From Schmidtea polychroa (lineage: Eukaryota): DNA of 64,000 nt. This document shows, one piece after another, positions 61,101 to 64,000 of the stretch (positions within the stretch are counted from its first letter, which is position 1; each line of letters begins with the position of its first letter). A program made the translations under genes and the position numbers. Below the pieces are notes generated by a model. The model was not told the origin of the DNA, ran no database searches, and saw only the letters and a list, made by a program, of their open reading frames with translations. The stretch is from NCBI GenBank assembly GCA_044892525.1, contig CM097887.1:34224001-34288000 (forward strand), given 5' to 3'.

Positions 61101-63632
61101 CATATATTTAATTTTAATTTAATTTTAACTTATTTTTAATTTAATTTTAATTTTAATTTTGTTCTTAAAAATCAGTAATAAAAAACTCAAAAATACTACT
61201 TACAGATCAAAAATTTTTAATCTTATTGAAAAAGTACACTTGATAATGAAAATAGTCTAATGTACAAAAATATTTCCCACATTTCATTTGTAAATTTGAA
61301 AACATTTGATATTTCCAATGCTGTTTTATTGATTTTCGAAACTTAGAATCAAAATAGTGTTCAAGAAATAGATAAATGGCGGTCTCAGTTGATTTATTGT
61401 TACTCATTGATTATGAATAAAATGACTTCAATGCCCAATGCGGAAGATGTTTCAAATACACCCCAATTAGACAATGAATTCAATAAAGTCACTGGATTTG
61501 TCTTGCAACAATGGAAATCTTTACCAAATAATTGTATTATAACTCCACGCCATGTTACAATGTTACAAGCTTGCAACCTGGCTGTTGAAGGCTGGGACGG
61601 AATGCAGCTTTTCTCTGGAATACATAACAATAACGTTTTCAGTGAAGTTAAATCAATGATCAAGTCATGGAAGTATAGCTGTTTTAGTATGACATATTTC
61701 TATTAATGGCGTATAAAAATATAGAAACAGATTCCCACATCACAGTGATAGTTTTTCATTTTGTAGTGATATCGTTTTGTGGAGGAAAGCCGTTTTTGAT
61801 AAATTAATTCACATGACCGCAAACGCTGCTACTGATTCCTCTCGAGTTTATCGAAATGAGATCTACTTGTTGTTATTGGAATTAGTAAGAAATGGTCGAA
61901 AACAGCATTTGTCTTCTTGTACGAAATTATATGCTGATAAGTAGGTGATAGGTTATTTGGGATTGGATTTAATCCCCAGTCTAGATTGAAACAACAATTA
62001 CCGGAAATGGTATCCAACTCATTCACCCTTTATAAACAGGAATGTAAAGTGAAAATGTTTGAAGAAGGCTGGCGACATAGTTATGTTGAAGTTTGGGATT
62101 TTATTTTGTTTTCGCTGAATAATTTCATTCTTTTTTGAAATCTAGTCTTTGGAAATGTTGGAAAATGTTGATGCACAAAGATTTAAAGACAAAAGAGATT
62201 TGGCGAAATTCTACTGCTACAAAGCTATGCTGTTTTCTTACTTTAATAAGTCTGTTGATGTTGTATTTTAATTCCCCATTAAACTGTCACTATGAACAGG
62301 GGAGATGAAGCTACACGGCATTTTGGATATGCTCTTCAAATCGATGCATACAATAACAAAATCTGGAGTATTTATGCGGATTTTTTGGAAAATGTTTTCT
62401 CAAATTATCCCGGAGAGTAATATTTAGGATTTGGAGATTTGGAATAAGTTATCTTGCTGATTTATAGACGTCGGCAAAGAGCCAGTCATACTACTGGAAT
62501 TTTCGCCATTACTGCACTGGTTGAGGCTGCTTCTGCATTAAAACCTCCCGGATCGACTTCAAACAATCATTTAAGAGATGATAAAGTTTGTTCCAATTTA
62601 GCCAAATGTCTTTGGCTAGTCACTCTTGATGATAGTCAACTACTGATGTCAAGGCATTTAGAGGAGATGAGTAATAAATTGCCTGCTTCTATTCTGCTTC
62701 CTTGGGCTCGCAGCATAGTTACATGTTTACTAAGACCAGAAGGCAAATATGTTGTGTCAATGCTCATCAGGCTGGCCAATGAATTTCCTGAAGCGGTTTA
62801 TCAGCCTTTTAGATGCCTTAAAGACAAACTACATCGTGAGCTTTCATATTCTGATCCATCAGACAGTAATAACCAATCAGAGGAAATCAAATTGTATGAA
62901 AATGTGCTAAATCAAGTTATTGATTATTTGAGAAAGAAAGAAAAGGATTTATTGATCAATATTTAGATGAAAAAGAACAACGGATCGAAACTGTATTTAG
63001 TGGATGAATTCTGTAAACAGTTAGAATGGTTATGTCCCAGTTGGAGTGAGCAACTGTTGGCTCAAATTGTGTCAATTACTTCGAGATTAAATGACTACAT
63101 TTATGATGTGTTGATGTCTAATAGCTTTTTCAGTCCCGATGAGAAATTGCCCGATTGTTTTCTTGTTGAGCTTCATAATCTGGGAATGCTTCTAGATTTT
63201 TCCACAGATGCCAGCATGGATATCGACAGTGAAGACCCGTGTTCTAATATCAACCGACTTTGGTCGATATGGTTGTCTATGACCAATAATGATGTCGTCA
63301 CTGCACGTTACCATTCCTATTTGAACTCTCGCTATTGTCAGGATATTCGAGTGAGATTTAGCAATGATTTCGGAAATTCTAAGGCCTTATACCTAATGGT
63401 ACAGCATCGCTTTCTCTGTTACCGGTGTTCTTCATTTCATATATTCTAGCCAACGCTTAATAAATTGAAAAAGGTTTGGATTCCTCTTCTGAGACGAATA
63501 GTTCATTTGCAAGGGAAAACAAGCTATTTGGATGAGAGAACTAGATTGCTTACTGAGATCGCTCAGTCGAGTTGTGATCTCAGTCTTCCTGGAGATCTTA
63601 GTGTCATCAAGAGAAAGGAACATCATCTTCAT
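37171..63632 (+). CDS. TRRAP: TRRAP/Tra1 (PIKK-family pseudokinase scaffold), multi-exon, 3'-partial
   Basis: First exons 37171-37243, 37291-37340, 37383-37598, 37647-37925, 37973-38139, 38191-38287, 38340-38484, 38528-38606 and 41098-41403. Motifs include [93 protein letters not shown] and [12 protein letters not shown]. Last donor seen at 63633. Not all internal exons were mapped. Confidence 0.95.
38974..39041 (+). pseudogene. Partial intronic duplicate of TRRAP exon 38528-38606
   Basis: [20 protein letters not shown] versus exon [20 protein letters not shown]; the GT donor is absent. Confidence 0.75.
39290..40899 (-). mobile_element. Decayed mariner element with an internal ~360-bp duplication and a nested MITE
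   Basis: One TIR-like end TA|CGAAGTGTGGATAAAAAGT. Minus-strand [48 protein letters not shown] and a decayed HPPYSPDL (HRLYNLDL). CTATCACACC recurs at 39639 and 40001. Confidence 0.85.
40305..40560. mobile_element. Tc1/mariner-type MITE, 256 bp, nested in the mariner remnant
   Basis: 30-bp TIR matching at 29/30 with TA on both sides. The empty site is visible in the duplicated segment near 39875. Confidence 0.92.
42555..43155. mobile_element. hAT/Buster-type MITE, about 600 bp
   Basis: Ends CTGTGGTTCCCAACCT and AGGTTGATAACGACTG. Flanks TGTTAGTA and TGTTAGTG match if the last TG is shared. Confidence 0.7.
43770..43990 (-). pseudogene. IS630-Tc1-like transposase N-terminal HTH fragment
   Basis: [26 protein letters not shown]. 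Confidence 0.55.
47800..48545 (+). repeat. Intronic polypyrimidine (T/C-rich) tract with ~213-220-bp internal periodicity
   Basis: CATTCGTTTACTTC recurs at 48047, 48260 and 48480; almost no G. Confidence 0.9.
49981..50170. repeat. 105-bp tandem duplication
   Basis: ATGCAAATATTGATCACAAATATAATT at 49993 and 50098. Confidence 0.85.
50330..51200. repeat. G-poor degenerate tandem repeat with ~215-228-bp units
   Basis: ATTAATGTAGTATT-like anchor at 50442, 50657 and 50885; strong C-over-G skew. Confidence 0.65.
51325..51682. mobile_element. MITE, 358 bp, GG-terminated (Merlin-like)
   Basis: Perfect 52-bp TIR beginning GGCGACGGTCAGGAATCCGG and perfect 8-bp TSD ATAAATTC. The superfamily is inferred from the GG termini and 8-bp TSD. 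Confidence 0.88.
53317..53859 (-). mobile_element. pogo/Tigger deletion derivative, 543 bp
   Basis: TA|CAGTAGAACTTCGATTATCC left end, right end matching at 15/20 followed by TA; internal minus-strand [20 protein letters not shown]. Confidence 0.8.
54051..54266. mobile_element. piggyBac-like MITE, copy 2
   Basis: Ends TTAACCAATTA and TATCGGGTTAA; aligns with 20161-20367. Confidence 0.55.
60720..61200. repeat. Extremely AT-rich low-complexity intronic tract
   Basis: Nearly devoid of G and C; AATAAT, (AT)n and TTAATT runs. Confidence 0.85.
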
Positions 63633-64000
63633 GTAAGGTTTTGTCTACATCAATACCATTATTAATTCAATATCTAAAAATATACAATTTTAATATATTG
63701 ATTATAATTCAAATTAATTACATAAATTCATTACATTATGGATTTTTAGAGGATATTTTGTTTCCATGGCATTGCCGGTAAATTGGGTTTAAATATATCC
63801 AACGTCCTCTTGTCTCTTTTATGGCTATTGGTTTTTAGTTCAACGGATAACTCTGCACAGTGCAATTTAATTTATGTGCACAATGCAATCTCATATTGAC
63901 TGTTTTATTTTATTTGCTCCCGTATCAGGATTTTTTATAATAGTATTTCTATAAAATCATTAATTACACATATTATTGATTATCAATATTACACTAAAAC

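Overview
AT-rich (about 70% by eye) animal genomic DNA with GT-AG spliceosomal introns of bimodal length (42-55 nt or several kb). It resembles a planarian-type flatworm genome, but that is inference only. Three host genes are present. (1) A minus-strand gene not shown as such in the ORF track, encoding an N-terminal Sec14/CRAL-TRIO domain of the Trio/Kalirin/MCF2L/PLEKHG4/SESTD1 type (ATG at 7121, running off the left edge). (2) A divergently oriented, apparently complete 5-exon netrin (9023-32407, about 656 aa). (3) The 5' part of TRRAP/Tra1 (37171 to beyond 63632; the kinase-like and FATC domains lie outside the window). Introns are packed with mobile DNA: the 3' half and 3' LTR of a Ty3/Gypsy element, a near-intact MULE with a 9-bp TSD, several hAT, Tc1/mariner, pogo/Tigger, piggyBac-like and Merlin-like non-autonomous elements, and Helitron-like ends. 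The most notable items are a roughly 150-bp repeat family carrying a minimal type I hammerhead-ribozyme motif (U3-A8 variant, Penelope-pLTR-like) with a hairpin subfamily, and a 98-aa signal-peptide plus hydrophobic-tail ORF nested in netrin intron 3 that is also splice-compatible with netrin. No rRNA, intact tRNA or CRISPR array was seen.
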